A stretch of DNA of 23,189 bases from Pseudomonadota bacterium (GCA_041178085.1 JBEGVZ010000078.1:1-23189); one strand, 5' to 3'; counted from the stretch's first letter, positions 1 to 9,621 are shown. Program-made: numbers and translations. The notes: a model not told the origin generated them from the letters alone.

Positions 1-1014
<1,014 letters not shown>

Positions 1015-1158
1015 TTTTAACGCCTAACAACTCTTCACTTGGGAGATTCGTTAGGTAGCAGAGTCGATGAGATCATATGACTCTGGCACAAATAATCGTG
1101 ATTGCTTGTATTCAGTGTTGAAAGTCAAAACTAACAGGTGTAAAGCCTGTGGTGATTT

Positions 1159-1272
<114 letters not shown>

Positions 1273-1281
1273 TTAATATTG

Positions 1282-1310
1282 AAAGCCCCGGTTGAAAAAC
1301 CGGGGCTTTT
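1282..1310 (+). terminator. Rho-independent terminator of the rRNA operon
   Basis: Perfect inverted repeat AAAGCCCCGGTT-GAAA-AACCGGGGCTTT followed by T-rich sequence, 9 nt after the 5S. Confidence 0.92.
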
Positions 1311-1366
1311 ACTTTATGGTCTGCCCGCCTTGATAAATCATACTCAAGTACCAGTGAGGGGGATTT

Positions 1367-1687
1367 ATGCGTCGTTGGATCTTTATCTTAACCCTCTGTG
1401 TTTTTGCCTTTGGCTATGAGCCTGTAGCTTTAGCCGGGGATTTCGTATGCAAGATTGCGGACACAGACACCGATGCTGACCTTGATTCAGCCGGCCCCAA
1501 CGCTCGCTGCGGTAAAGACCGGCCAGGTCCTTGGGCCTGTTACTGTGAGTTGACTGAGGAATGCCGGGACGAGGACAGCGGGCAGACGCAGACATACCAC
1601 CGCCGTCAGTTCTTGGGCTGTGGCGATCTGGGGGACTGTGGCTTTTCGTCCGCATACGGTCGTCAGTGCCGGGCGATGGAAGACTGA
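1367..1687 (+). CDS. Small secreted cysteine-rich hypothetical protein (106 aa)
   Basis: SD-like GAGGGGG upstream of ATG. Signal peptide MRRWIFILTLCVFAFGYEPVALA with an A-x-A cleavage site. Mature part has 8 Cys and an acidic DTDTDADLD tract. Confidence 0.75.
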   Translation: MRRWIFILTLCVFAFGYEPVALAGDFVCKIADTDTDADLDSAGPNARCGKDRPGPWACYCELTEECRDEDSGQTQTYHRRQFLGCGDLGDCGFSSAYGRQCRAMED

Positions 1688-1724
1688 TAGATTTTCACTG
1701 ATAGATTTTTGATGATGGATTTTT
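1683..1724 (+). repeat. Three imperfect tandem 14-bp direct repeats
   Basis: ACTGATAGATTTTC (1683-1696), ACTGATAGATTTTT (1697-1710), GATGATGGATTTTT (1711-1724). Confidence 0.75.
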
Positions 1725-1740
1725 TGGAAAGGCTGGCCCG

Positions 1741-3027
1741 ATGTCGATAAACGCGGTCAGCCTTTTTCTTTTTGGGTCTTCCTGGGCCGGCGTTGCCATG
1801 CAAAGCCTGGCGATGCTGGTGGTTCTTGCCTGGCTGATCCTTCATTTTCGGAATTCTGACAATTGGCGTGAATTGGCCTTGATGCCTCTTCGGGCCCCCC
1901 TCATCCGTTGGTCTTGTGTTCTCGGTTTGTCTTGGCTGGTGTGGAACTTGATTTCCTCCCAGGCGAATCCAACGACAGCGGGACGTCCGCCCGCTTTTAT
2001 TGGTGGATATCTATGGTGGGCTATAGCCCCCTGGACAGCCTCAGTCTTTATGAATGCCTGGACTGCCCAGAGTGCTGGAGAAAAGGCGGTTTGGACAAGT
2101 CGTTTTGGCCGATTACTGCTTTGGACTTCTGTGATTGTTTGCTTGATTGCACTTTCCCAGTGGTTTTGGGGCTGGAAAATTCACGGCACAAAAATCATTG
2201 AGTCTGAACCGCGCGCGCGGGTGCTGTTTTCTCATCCGCTTTCTTTAGCGTACATCGTATTGCTTTATACCCCGCTCGCGCTTTTTTTCCTTCTGCATCG
2301 CGAGCGGCGAAGAGTTGCGATGATCGGTACCGCTGCCTGTGGCGTCCTGCTGTTTACTTCGGCCAGTCGCACGGTTCAGGTGGTATCGATGCTGTTTGCG
2401 ACAGTTTGGTGCCTCTTTTTTCTTCGGGGAAAAATGCGAGTGGCTCTAATTGCCACAGGGCTAGTGGGCGTGTCGGTTCTGGCGCTAACTGAAAACCCTG
2501 TGCGGGCTCGTTTTCAAAATACAATCGGCCAGATCGAGGATCGTCAGCAGGACAAGTATGCCGATGATCGGCTGGCTTTCTGGGCTGCTCATTGGGAGAT
2601 GTTCAAGGAGCGCCCTGTGATGGGACACGGGAATTCCTACACGCAGGAATATCTGTCCCCCTACTACGCACGGATTGGACTGGCTGATTTTGAAAAGAAA
2701 TACCAGGCTCATAACATGTTCCTGCAGGTGCTGGTAAACACCGGGATCGTCGGAGCGCTGATTTGGTCGACCAGGCTCCTTATGCTTTTTTTCGCCGCTT
2801 CAAAACTATTGCGCAGAAAATTGCCTGGGGAGAGAAGCTTCGGGTGGGCAGGGCTCGCGACGGTGTTTGCCGTGCTCCTGGCAGGGATTACACAAAACGC
2901 TTTTCAAGACAGTGCCGTTCGATTTCACTGGGCAATTCTGGAAGGTCTGCTGTTGTGGAAAGCTGTTTCACAGGGAAAAAAATCTTCAAAATTCATCTTG
3001 GCTGCCAATAAAGAATCTACTCCTTAG
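1741..3027 (+). CDS. O-antigen ligase family (Wzy_C domain) membrane protein, WaaL or protein O-oligosaccharyltransferase
   Basis: Polytopic hydrophobic protein with family motifs FSHPLSLA, LLFTSASRT, DRLAFWAAHWEMFKERPVMGHG and AHNMFLQVLVNTGIVG. SD-like GGAAAGG at 1726-1732. Confidence 0.88.
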   Translation: MSINAVSLFLFGSSWAGVAMQSLAMLVVLAWLILHFRNSDNWRELALMPLRAPLIRWSCVLGLSWLVWNLISSQANPTTAGRPPAFIGGYLWWAIAPWTASVFMNAWTAQSAGEKAVWTSRFGRLLLWTSVIVCLIALSQWFWGWKIHGTKIIESEPRARVLFSHPLSLAYIVLLYTPLALFFLLHRERRRVAMIGTAACGVLLFTSASRTVQVVSMLFATVWCLFFLRGKMRVALIATGLVGVSVLALTENPVRARFQNTIGQIEDRQQDKYADDRLAFWAAHWEMFKERPVMGHGNSYTQEYLSPYYARIGLADFEKKYQAHNMFLQVLVNTGIVGALIWSTRLLMLFFAASKLLRRKLPGERSFGWAGLATVFAVLLAGITQNAFQDSAVRFHWAILEGLLLWKAVSQGKKSSKFILAANKESTP

Positions 3028-4960
3028 GTATCTTGACGTGGATCTTCTCGCCAGGAGCCACGGTGCCAGGTTTGAAAATAATCTTTCCATTTTGGATGCT
3101 GAAATCCGTTATCTGACGGATAGTTTGCCCGTTTTGATCGATCACAAGGACTTCGTGAACAGTGCCCTGTGCAGGCAACTTAAGCGGATATTCGAGAACC
3201 GGGGCGCGGACAATGAAGTCCAAGAGACCTTTTGAAATCGAGGCGTACTCTGGGGCACAGACGCTGCTGCGGAGGCGCTCGGCAGGCGCCTGCCCAATCG
3301 CCAGAGCCTGGAAGCTGTAAAGAATCGACGGCACCTCTGCAGTGGCTCCTTGTTCGGTGCAAGTGGTTTTTCCGTCCTTCGTAACTAGAGCAACGGTGAA
3401 CCCTTGTCCTCCGACTTTTTGCTTCAAGATTCGAATGGCTTCGCGCCCGACGCGAAGCGATGCCCCATCTGTTTCCTGTGGACCCGTGATCGGGGAGTCT
3501 GATTTCCCAGCGACCCCTGTAAATCCGCTCCTTCTGGGTGATTTGGTGTCGATGGGAGAAAGCTGCTTTTTAAAGCAGAATGGTGCGACAAATTTGTAGT
3601 CTTTATAATCGTCTGAACTTTTCGCATTTGCCCTGAAGATTTCTGAAAGTGTTTGAGTGGCGCCAGCGCGCTTCGTGTCACACTCGTCGCTGTAAACATT
3701 TGTTATGAGTTCTAATGACGCATTTTGATTGGCGACCTGGCAATCGCCGAACGAGACGATCGTCTCTCCTGTTTTTAATTTGGTTCTAGCAAGTTCTTTT
3801 AAAGACTCAGTATCGGTATCGGTACATTTAACTGGAGCCGCCCCTTCTGGCAGGCATTTGTTGTCTGTCGCAGCACAGTTGGTCAGGGATACCGACGCTG
3901 ACGTGTCCACTGACTTTCGCTCGCCGACGGGCTCACCATCGTTCATCGGCTGGTAGGAATAGGTGTAGTCGAGAGATTTCACAGTCTTGAGATATGGGAA
4001 TCGTAGTTCACTTTTTTCTGTTGGCCCAATTTCGTGGGTTATTGACGTTATGAGGGGGAATTGGGTTGTGTCATCGCCATTGGTGACAATGGCGAATGCG
4101 TGCCTTTCCTGACTGGCTTCCGGAATCGCAAGTGCAGCGCGGTAGATAGCGGATATTGGTTGCTCAATCTCGGCGCCCTTACCTGCATTTGTGGTACCAC
4201 CAGCAGGGACGAGGCTCTTGAGTTCTGTTGCGACGGCGTTTGCGAGCGTGGCTGCGCTATCGGGGGTAAGCGATTCGTTGAATTCCACCGTCTGTCCCCC
4301 GCTAAACAACGATGGTCTCTGTGTGATGGCATGCTTTATGAAAAATCGCTCGGGTGGGCTAAGACGATCAAAATTTGAGATCTTGTTTCCAGCCACGTCG
4401 AGGTATTCGGTTGGGCCGAATACACTGTTTCCCTTACCCTGTGCAAATGCGACTTGCTGATCAGGGATCTGGGAGTCGAGACCCAAATTTTGGGTTCGCT
4501 GTGCTGGATTCTGAAAACTGTATTGGATCGTTATGGGTGCCGGGCGCTGATTTTGAAGATCTGTGGTTGTGAGAAGATTGATGCTCACATTCAACTTTAG
4601 CGCAGCGATATCCGCCATCAATTTTTCCAGAGATGACGCAGTGGTATTGTGGATTTCGGTCATGGAGTTTGAATTGTCCACGATAAGGTGGAGAACTGTT
4701 TTTGGCTTTAGATCCGATGTTCCGACGTCAAATTCATAGGCGGTGAGTTCTAGTTGAGGTGGCGGTTCCGGTGCTGGTATTGATGGTGCTGGGGGTTGGT
4801 CGGTTTCTGAAGGCGGTTTTTCTCCCCCTTCAGTACTATCCAGGTGGGACAGCAGGTCAGTGGTTCCTTTGAAATCAACTTCTCGAGAGCAACTTTGCCC
4901 GACTGCGACCAACAAAGTCAGTAAAAGTGATTTGATCGCTTTTTTGCCGGACAATCTCAT
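3017..4960 (-). CDS. Putative lipoprotein with von Willebrand factor A (MIDAS) domain, adhesin-like
   Basis: Basic then hydrophobic N-terminus ending in VGQS-C (lipobox-like), Pro-rich linker, LHLIVDNSNSM (DxSxS), EQPISAIYRAA helix, FAIVTNGDD strand, Cys-rich insertion and a C-terminal beta-rich domain. Confidence 0.7.
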   Translation of the reverse strand: MRLSGKKAIKSLLLTLLVAVGQSCSREVDFKGTTDLLSHLDSTEGGEKPPSETDQPPAPSIPAPEPPPQLELTAYEFDVGTSDLKPKTVLHLIVDNSNSMTEIHNTTASSLEKLMADIAALKLNVSINLLTTTDLQNQRPAPITIQYSFQNPAQRTQNLGLDSQIPDQQVAFAQGKGNSVFGPTEYLDVAGNKISNFDRLSPPERFFIKHAITQRPSLFSGGQTVEFNESLTPDSAATLANAVATELKSLVPAGGTTNAGKGAEIEQPISAIYRAALAIPEASQERHAFAIVTNGDDTTQFPLITSITHEIGPTEKSELRFPYLKTVKSLDYTYSYQPMNDGEPVGERKSVDTSASVSLTNCAATDNKCLPEGAAPVKCTDTDTESLKELARTKLKTGETIVSFGDCQVANQNASLELITNVYSDECDTKRAGATQTLSEIFRANAKSSDDYKDYKFVAPFCFKKQLSPIDTKSPRRSGFTGVAGKSDSPITGPQETDGASLRVGREAIRILKQKVGGQGFTVALVTKDGKTTCTEQGATAEVPSILYSFQALAIGQAPAERLRSSVCAPEYASISKGLLDFIVRAPVLEYPLKLPAQGTVHEVLVIDQNGQTIRQITDFSIQNGKIIFKPGTVAPGEKIHVKIPKE

Positions 4961-4987
4961 TGGCTAAGTCGAATCCTCCGTCAGGAG

Positions 4988-5014
4988 TTTTCGGCGTGTT
5001 TTGAGGTCCGTTAA
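4988..5014 (-). promoter_or_regulatory. Candidate sigma28 (FliA) promoter for the vWA lipoprotein gene
   Basis: Minus strand reads TTAA-N15-GCCGAAAA versus consensus TAAA-N15-GCCGATAA. It is followed by GGAGG (4975-4979) and the ATG at 4960. Confidence 0.6.
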
Positions 5015-5080
5015 AGGAATCTTACGGTTTTCTTATAACAATCCGTATTTACAGTGGTTTAATTGCCTGAAGGGATTGGG

Positions 5081-6724
5081 TTATTCGACGCCTTCGCGCT
5101 GGTAGTAGAAATCCGTCACGGCACGCACTTCATGCAGATTCAGGTGCCTGTCAGGCGGCATTCGTTCCTCTTTGGCGGTAGAATTTATTCGGGAGAAAAT
5201 CCAATCGCGTAGTTTATGGTCTGCCATGACTTGTCCGGGTTTATCGAGGGGGAGCGCGGGCCCAGGTCCCACACCGTTGTGGCAGGTCATGCACATCTGA
5301 ATCACGGCGGGTACTTCCTGGGCTACTGAAGCTTCGGCCGTTGGTTGGCAATTGGTTTTTACGTCGCCGACGGAGAAATCACTGAATCTCGTGGCTAACG
5401 CGCCACATGCCTTTTCCAGCGCTGTCTGAAGTGGAATATAGTTCCCATTTGCGTCACGGGGAATGTCCTCGTCACCATAGACTCTAGAAGAGTCGTATGA
5501 GTAGTAGTCCGGGTACCGTTGGGCGCGTAGTTTTGCATACTCAGGCAAATCCAAGCCGGTGGCAATCATGGCCGGCCATAACGCTTCCAGGATATCGTCA
5601 CTGCCATCTTTGAACCCCTGGAAGTACTGCCACTGCGTATTAGTGCGTGCTGGTGTCCAATCAAAACTGGACATGCCCGCCAGTTCCAGCAAGTGGACTC
5701 TTCCATCCTTGAACAGACCAGGATTCAGCTCGCTGAAAGGCACAGCTGGAACTCCCTGAGGACGCTCGGTTGCAGCTTTTAACTCATCTGCTTTCAGCTG
5801 TTGGGAGATCTGGTTCATGGAATCCTTGAAGTTCTCATTTCCATCACAGTCCAGAATCTGGGCGGCTATCACCGGGGCTACGGTTTTAAAACATTGATCC
5901 GGTGATTTGGCGTTTGCGGGATTGATGAGCATTCCTGCGACGCGCATTGCGTTCAGCTTGGAGAATAGATCCGTCAGGCGCAGGTTTGGCCTGAGAGGGG
6001 GTTGGCCGCTGCGGATGGTCGGAATGTACGGGGCGACCGGAGAATCCGTACCAGCAGGAAAGCTCAGCCGCTTGTACCTTGGATGCTGGTCCTTCGACGC
6101 TACAAAGGCCCGGAACTCCCTCAGGTGCTGGCGGTGTCGTTTGACTTTTGCATTGTCGTTGAAGCCGGTTGGTGGATATTTAGTGCCATCGTCAAAATCG
6201 ATCAGGGCATCGTCTTCCTCGCCGTATGCGCCGGGCCAACGATCATAGTCTTCCCACAATGGTTTTGGATCAGTGCCGTGACAGCGCATGCATGTGGCTG
6301 GATTCGGCCCGGAAACCATGGCCGCCCTGGACCCGTCGGTAGCGAACGCTATGTCGCGCAGCTCAAAGCGACCAGTGCCGGTGCCGGTGTCGATGAATTG
6401 CATCAGCTCAACATGGTTGAAGTTGGATTGATCAGGACTCCCATTGAATGTGATGACCAGTCGAGCGTCTTCTCCGAAGACAATTGCACGCGGTGCCTCC
6501 GGGGTGGCGGACTGCAGGCTTGCACTTTCCCTCATCAGCGTGAAACCGGTGAACAGCGCTGGATTTTGTCTTGCGACGACCTCAAGAAAGGTTTCAACCG
6601 TCCGGGGTGCCTCCGGGCTCTGCATGAATTGCTGGATGTCTTTGAAGGTGTTCAATTCCTGCGCGAATCCGTGGTGGGAAACAAGGAAGAACATCGTGCA
6701 AGCTGCGACAATAAACTGCTTCAT
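5081..6724 (-). CDS. Secreted di-haem c-type cytochrome, family unassigned (547 aa)
   Basis: Start reassigned to ATG 6724 (SD GAAGGGG, ATGA overlap with the upstream stop, signal peptide [21 protein letters not shown]). CxxCH motifs CMRCH (6278-6292) and CMTCH (5279-5293), the latter followed by RMPP, a typical distal Met motif. Confidence 0.8.
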   Translation of the reverse strand: MKQFIVAACTMFFLVSHHGFAQELNTFKDIQQFMQSPEAPRTVETFLEVVARQNPALFTGFTLMRESASLQSATPEAPRAIVFGEDARLVITFNGSPDQSNFNHVELMQFIDTGTGTGRFELRDIAFATDGSRAAMVSGPNPATCMRCHGTDPKPLWEDYDRWPGAYGEEDDALIDFDDGTKYPPTGFNDNAKVKRHRQHLREFRAFVASKDQHPRYKRLSFPAGTDSPVAPYIPTIRSGQPPLRPNLRLTDLFSKLNAMRVAGMLINPANAKSPDQCFKTVAPVIAAQILDCDGNENFKDSMNQISQQLKADELKAATERPQGVPAVPFSELNPGLFKDGRVHLLELAGMSSFDWTPARTNTQWQYFQGFKDGSDDILEALWPAMIATGLDLPEYAKLRAQRYPDYYSYDSSRVYGDEDIPRDANGNYIPLQTALEKACGALATRFSDFSVGDVKTNCQPTAEASVAQEVPAVIQMCMTCHNGVGPGPALPLDKPGQVMADHKLRDWIFSRINSTAKEERMPPDRHLNLHEVRAVTDFYYQREGVE

Positions 6725-7146
6725 AAATACCCCTTCAATCGAAACAGGCCGAGCAGCCAGGGAATGACCGCCAGCGCATGCGCCCATATTTGAGTTGTGG
6801 CAAAGCTGACTGGACGCCGGTAAATGCGGGACAGAATTTTGCCGATAAACGCATCCTGATCCGCGATGCGTGGCCTGGCGGCATCATCGTGGCGCAGCCA
6901 ATTCTCGAAGTTGGTCAGGATGCAGCGGTCGTGGTTGAAACGCCAATGGATTACGATTGCTGGCACCAGGGCGGCGTGTAAAAGCAAGATATTCCGGACA
7001 GGGATCAACCAGCCGAACAAAACAAAGATCACCATGAAGTGGTGGCTGACAACGACAGCATGAACCAGCGCGCGCGCCCATGGCCTGGAGCGCCATGTCG
7101 TGGTCCGCGGTGGTTGGGTAGGGCCGGTTTTCCGGAGAGCGGTCAT
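6721..7146 (-). CDS. DUF2784-like small membrane protein
   Basis: Hydrophobic helices carrying His residues ([24 protein letters not shown]) and motif [11 protein letters not shown] resembling the CPLTxxExxLR signature of DUF2784. ATGA overlaps at both ends. Confidence 0.7.
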   Translation of the reverse strand: MTALRKTGPTQPPRTTTWRSRPWARALVHAVVVSHHFMVIFVLFGWLIPVRNILLLHAALVPAIVIHWRFNHDRCILTNFENWLRHDDAARPRIADQDAFIGKILSRIYRRPVSFATTQIWAHALAVIPWLLGLFRLKGYL

Positions 7147-8948
7147 TCGTCCAGTTTGAGGATTGCCAAGAACGCCTGCTGCGGGATTTCCACGCTGCCA
7201 AGTTGCTTCATGCGCTTCTTGCCCTCTTTTTGCTTCTCGAGCAGCTTCCTTTTACGCGAGATGTCGCCACCGTAACACTTCGCTGTGACGTCCTTGCGAA
7301 GTGCAGACAAGGTTTCGCGGGCAACGACTTTGCTGCCGATGGCCGCTTGCAGAGCAATCTGGAACATTTGCCGGGGGAGGAGGTCTTTTAGCTTTTTGCA
7401 AAGCATTCGCCCCCGGTGCGGAGCGGTGGAGCGATGCACGATGCATGACAGGGCATCCACTGGATCGCCATTGACCAGCACGTCAAGCTTCACGAGATCG
7501 CCTTCGCGGTAGCCGATCAACTCATAGTCCATCGAAGCGTAGCCGCGTGAAATACTCTTCAGCTTGTCGTGGAAGTCAAAGATCATCTCGTTCATCGGGA
7601 TTTCGTACATGATCTTGACGCGTTTGCTGGTCGTGTATTCCAGGCCGACCTGGGATCCTCGACGTTCGGTAAGAAGCTTCAGCAGTCCGCCGATGTATTC
7701 TTCGGGCGTGTGGATTGTCATCAAGACGTACGGTTCTTCGATCCGCTCGATCTTGGTCGGGTCGGGCATGTGGGCCGGGTTTTCGATTTCCATCATCGGC
7801 GAACCGTCCGACTTGAATACGTGATAAACCACCGTCGGTGCGGTAAAAATCAGATCGAGGTTGTATTCGCGTTCGAGGCGCTCCTGGACGATATCCATAT
7901 GCAGCAGCCCAAGAAAGCCGCAGCGGAAACCGAAACCAAGCGCGTTGGAGCTCTCCGGTTCGAAGGTCAGGGAAGAATCGTTGAGGTTCAGTTTTTCCAG
8001 CGAATCCTTGAGATTCTGGAAGTCCGCTGAATCAACCGGGAAGATGCCGCCGAAAACCATTTGCTTGGCTTCTTGAAAACCTTCCACCGGGGCCTTCGCG
8101 GGGTTTTCCGGATCCGTGATCGTATCGCCCACCCGGGTGTCCGCCACCGCCTTGATCGATCCAGCAACGAAGCCCACTTCGCCTGCGGAGAGCGCGCTTG
8201 CATCGACCGGCTTTGGTGTCAGTTTGCCAACTTTGAGCACTTCAAATGTTTTACCAGTCGACATCATCTGCATCCTCTGATGCAGCTTGATCTGGCCTGC
8301 CATGACCCTGAGCAGGGAGACGGCTCCCAGGTAGGGATCGAACCAGCTATCAAAGATCAGGGCCTGAAGGGGCTCTTCACGGCGGTCTTTAGGTGGCGGA
8401 ATCCGTTGCACGATGGCTTCGAGGAGGTCCTCAATGCCTTGACCGGTCTTGGCACTGACCAGAACTGCTTCGGAGGCCTCAATCGCGAGCTCTTCCTCGA
8501 TCTCGCCGCGAACGCGGTCGGGATCTGCCGACGGCAAGTCGATCTTGTTGATGACTGGGATCAGTGCCAGGTCGTGGCGCATGGCCAGCTGCACGTTGGC
8601 AACCGTTTGAGCCTCGACCCCCTGACTGGCGTCAACAATGACGAGGGCGCCTTCACAGGCGGCAAGACTGCGGGACACTTCGTAGCTGAAATCGACGTGA
8701 CCTGGGGTGTCGATCAGGTTGAAAAGGTAGCGTTGGCCATCCTTGGCGCGGTAGTACATGGAGGCTGTCTGAGCCTTGATGGTGATCCCGCGCTCGCGTT
8801 CGAGGTCCATGCTGTCGAGGACCTGCGAGCGCATTTCCCGTGAGCTGAGCGCACCTGTTTCTTCGATCAGGCGGTCAGCAAGGGTCGATTTGCCGTGGTC
8901 GATGTGCGCCACGATGCAAAAGTTTCTAATGATTACAGGATCTTCCAT
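7143..8948 (-). CDS. lepA: Elongation factor 4 (LepA)
   Basis: [93 protein letters not shown]; 601 aa. Confidence 0.99.
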   Translation of the reverse strand: MEDPVIIRNFCIVAHIDHGKSTLADRLIEETGALSSREMRSQVLDSMDLERERGITIKAQTASMYYRAKDGQRYLFNLIDTPGHVDFSYEVSRSLAACEGALVIVDASQGVEAQTVANVQLAMRHDLALIPVINKIDLPSADPDRVRGEIEEELAIEASEAVLVSAKTGQGIEDLLEAIVQRIPPPKDRREEPLQALIFDSWFDPYLGAVSLLRVMAGQIKLHQRMQMMSTGKTFEVLKVGKLTPKPVDASALSAGEVGFVAGSIKAVADTRVGDTITDPENPAKAPVEGFQEAKQMVFGGIFPVDSADFQNLKDSLEKLNLNDSSLTFEPESSNALGFGFRCGFLGLLHMDIVQERLEREYNLDLIFTAPTVVYHVFKSDGSPMMEIENPAHMPDPTKIERIEEPYVLMTIHTPEEYIGGLLKLLTERRGSQVGLEYTTSKRVKIMYEIPMNEMIFDFHDKLKSISRGYASMDYELIGYREGDLVKLDVLVNGDPVDALSCIVHRSTAPHRGRMLCKKLKDLLPRQMFQIALQAAIGSKVVARETLSALRKDVTAKCYGGDISRKRKLLEKQKEGKKRMKQLGSVEIPQQAFLAILKLDE

Positions 8949-9019
8949 TATTGCCTTCTTTGGTCCGGCGGGCCGCCCATTGGGGGTGTGTACCGGGTTT
9001 CAGTCGCACGGGTGTGAGG

Positions 9020-9048
9020 GTTATAGAGGTCTATCAAAGCCCTGTCAA
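9020..9048 (-). promoter_or_regulatory. sigma70-type promoter upstream of lepA
   Basis: Minus strand TTGACA-N17-TATAAC, 11/12 match to consensus, about 70 nt upstream of the lepA ATG. Confidence 0.8.
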
Positions 9049-9068
9049 AACAACTGTTTTGGGCGACC

Positions 9069-9542
9069 TCACATGCTACTGACGCGGACCTTCAGGCCGG
9101 CAGGATTTAGTTTTGCCTGCACCGATTTGGCGGCGGCTTTGGCACTGGCTTCGGTGTCGAAGATGCCGTAACGCACCCGGTAGATGACCCGGCCGTCCTT
9201 CAGGAGCGGCGTGTAGTACGCGTCCAGCCCTTTTTGAGCCAGGGTCCTGATCAGCGACTCAGCCTGGTCCCGAATTGGAAATTTAGCGATTTCTATGGTG
9301 AATTTGACATCCAATGTCATGGATCCGGGGACGCCCTGGTCTGCCATCGGAGTGGCAGGCGAGTCCCCAATCTGGGTGTAAAAGAGCGGGTCGGGAATCT
9401 CTGCATTGCCCGAGGCCGCCTTGTCCCGCCCGAGCCAGGAGCCCTTTTTGAACAGGACAGCGGCGCCAAGGCCACCCAGTCCGCCGACCAGGACCACGGC
9501 CACAATGGACAGGAGCAACTTTTTTGCACTGTTTTCGGCCAT
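9069..9542 (-). CDS. Membrane-anchored SPOR-domain (peptidoglycan-binding) protein, 157 aa
   Basis: Start reassigned to ATG 9542 (GGAGG at 9550-9554). Single N-terminal TM helix. C-terminal SPOR pattern FTIEIAKF...AESLIRTLAQKGLDAY...IYRVRYGIFDTEASAKAAAKSV. Confidence 0.85.
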   Translation of the reverse strand: MAENSAKKLLLSIVAVVLVGGLGGLGAAVLFKKGSWLGRDKAASGNAEIPDPLFYTQIGDSPATPMADQGVPGSMTLDVKFTIEIAKFPIRDQAESLIRTLAQKGLDAYYTPLLKDGRVIYRVRYGIFDTEASAKAAAKSVQAKLNPAGLKVRVSSM

Positions 9543-9569
9543 TGCAATACCTCCGGAACCCGTTATTCT
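9542..9569 (+). promoter_or_regulatory. Candidate sigma70 promoter for uvrA
   Basis: Plus strand TTGCAA-N16-TATTCT. Its -10 overlaps the -10 of the divergent SPOR promoter. Confidence 0.4.
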
Positions 9570-9593
9570 CGCCTCGCAGGCCGACCAGTGCAA
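9565..9593 (-). promoter_or_regulatory. Candidate sigma70 promoter for the SPOR gene
   Basis: Minus strand TTGCAC-N17-GAGAAT. Confidence 0.5.
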
Positions 9594-9621
9594 GGCCGCA
9601 TTTTGACACCGGAGTCCTGGC

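Noticed and set aside
1015..1158. tRNA or separate ncRNA in the 23S-5S spacer
   Set aside because: No cloverleaf or T-loop; the hairpins and the TATTCAGTGTTGAAAG tract fit ordinary rRNA processing structures.
1683..1724. CRISPR-like array
   Set aside because: Units are 14 bp, directly adjacent with no spacers, and no cas genes are present.
6725..6787. 5' extension of the cytochrome ORF to 6787
   Set aside because: Overlaps the DUF2784-like gene; SD, signal peptide and ATGA coupling all point to 6724.
8949..9019. Structured lepA 5' leader or riboswitch
   Set aside because: Only short GC pairings (CCGG/CCGG, GGGC/GCCC); no recognisable motif or expression platform.
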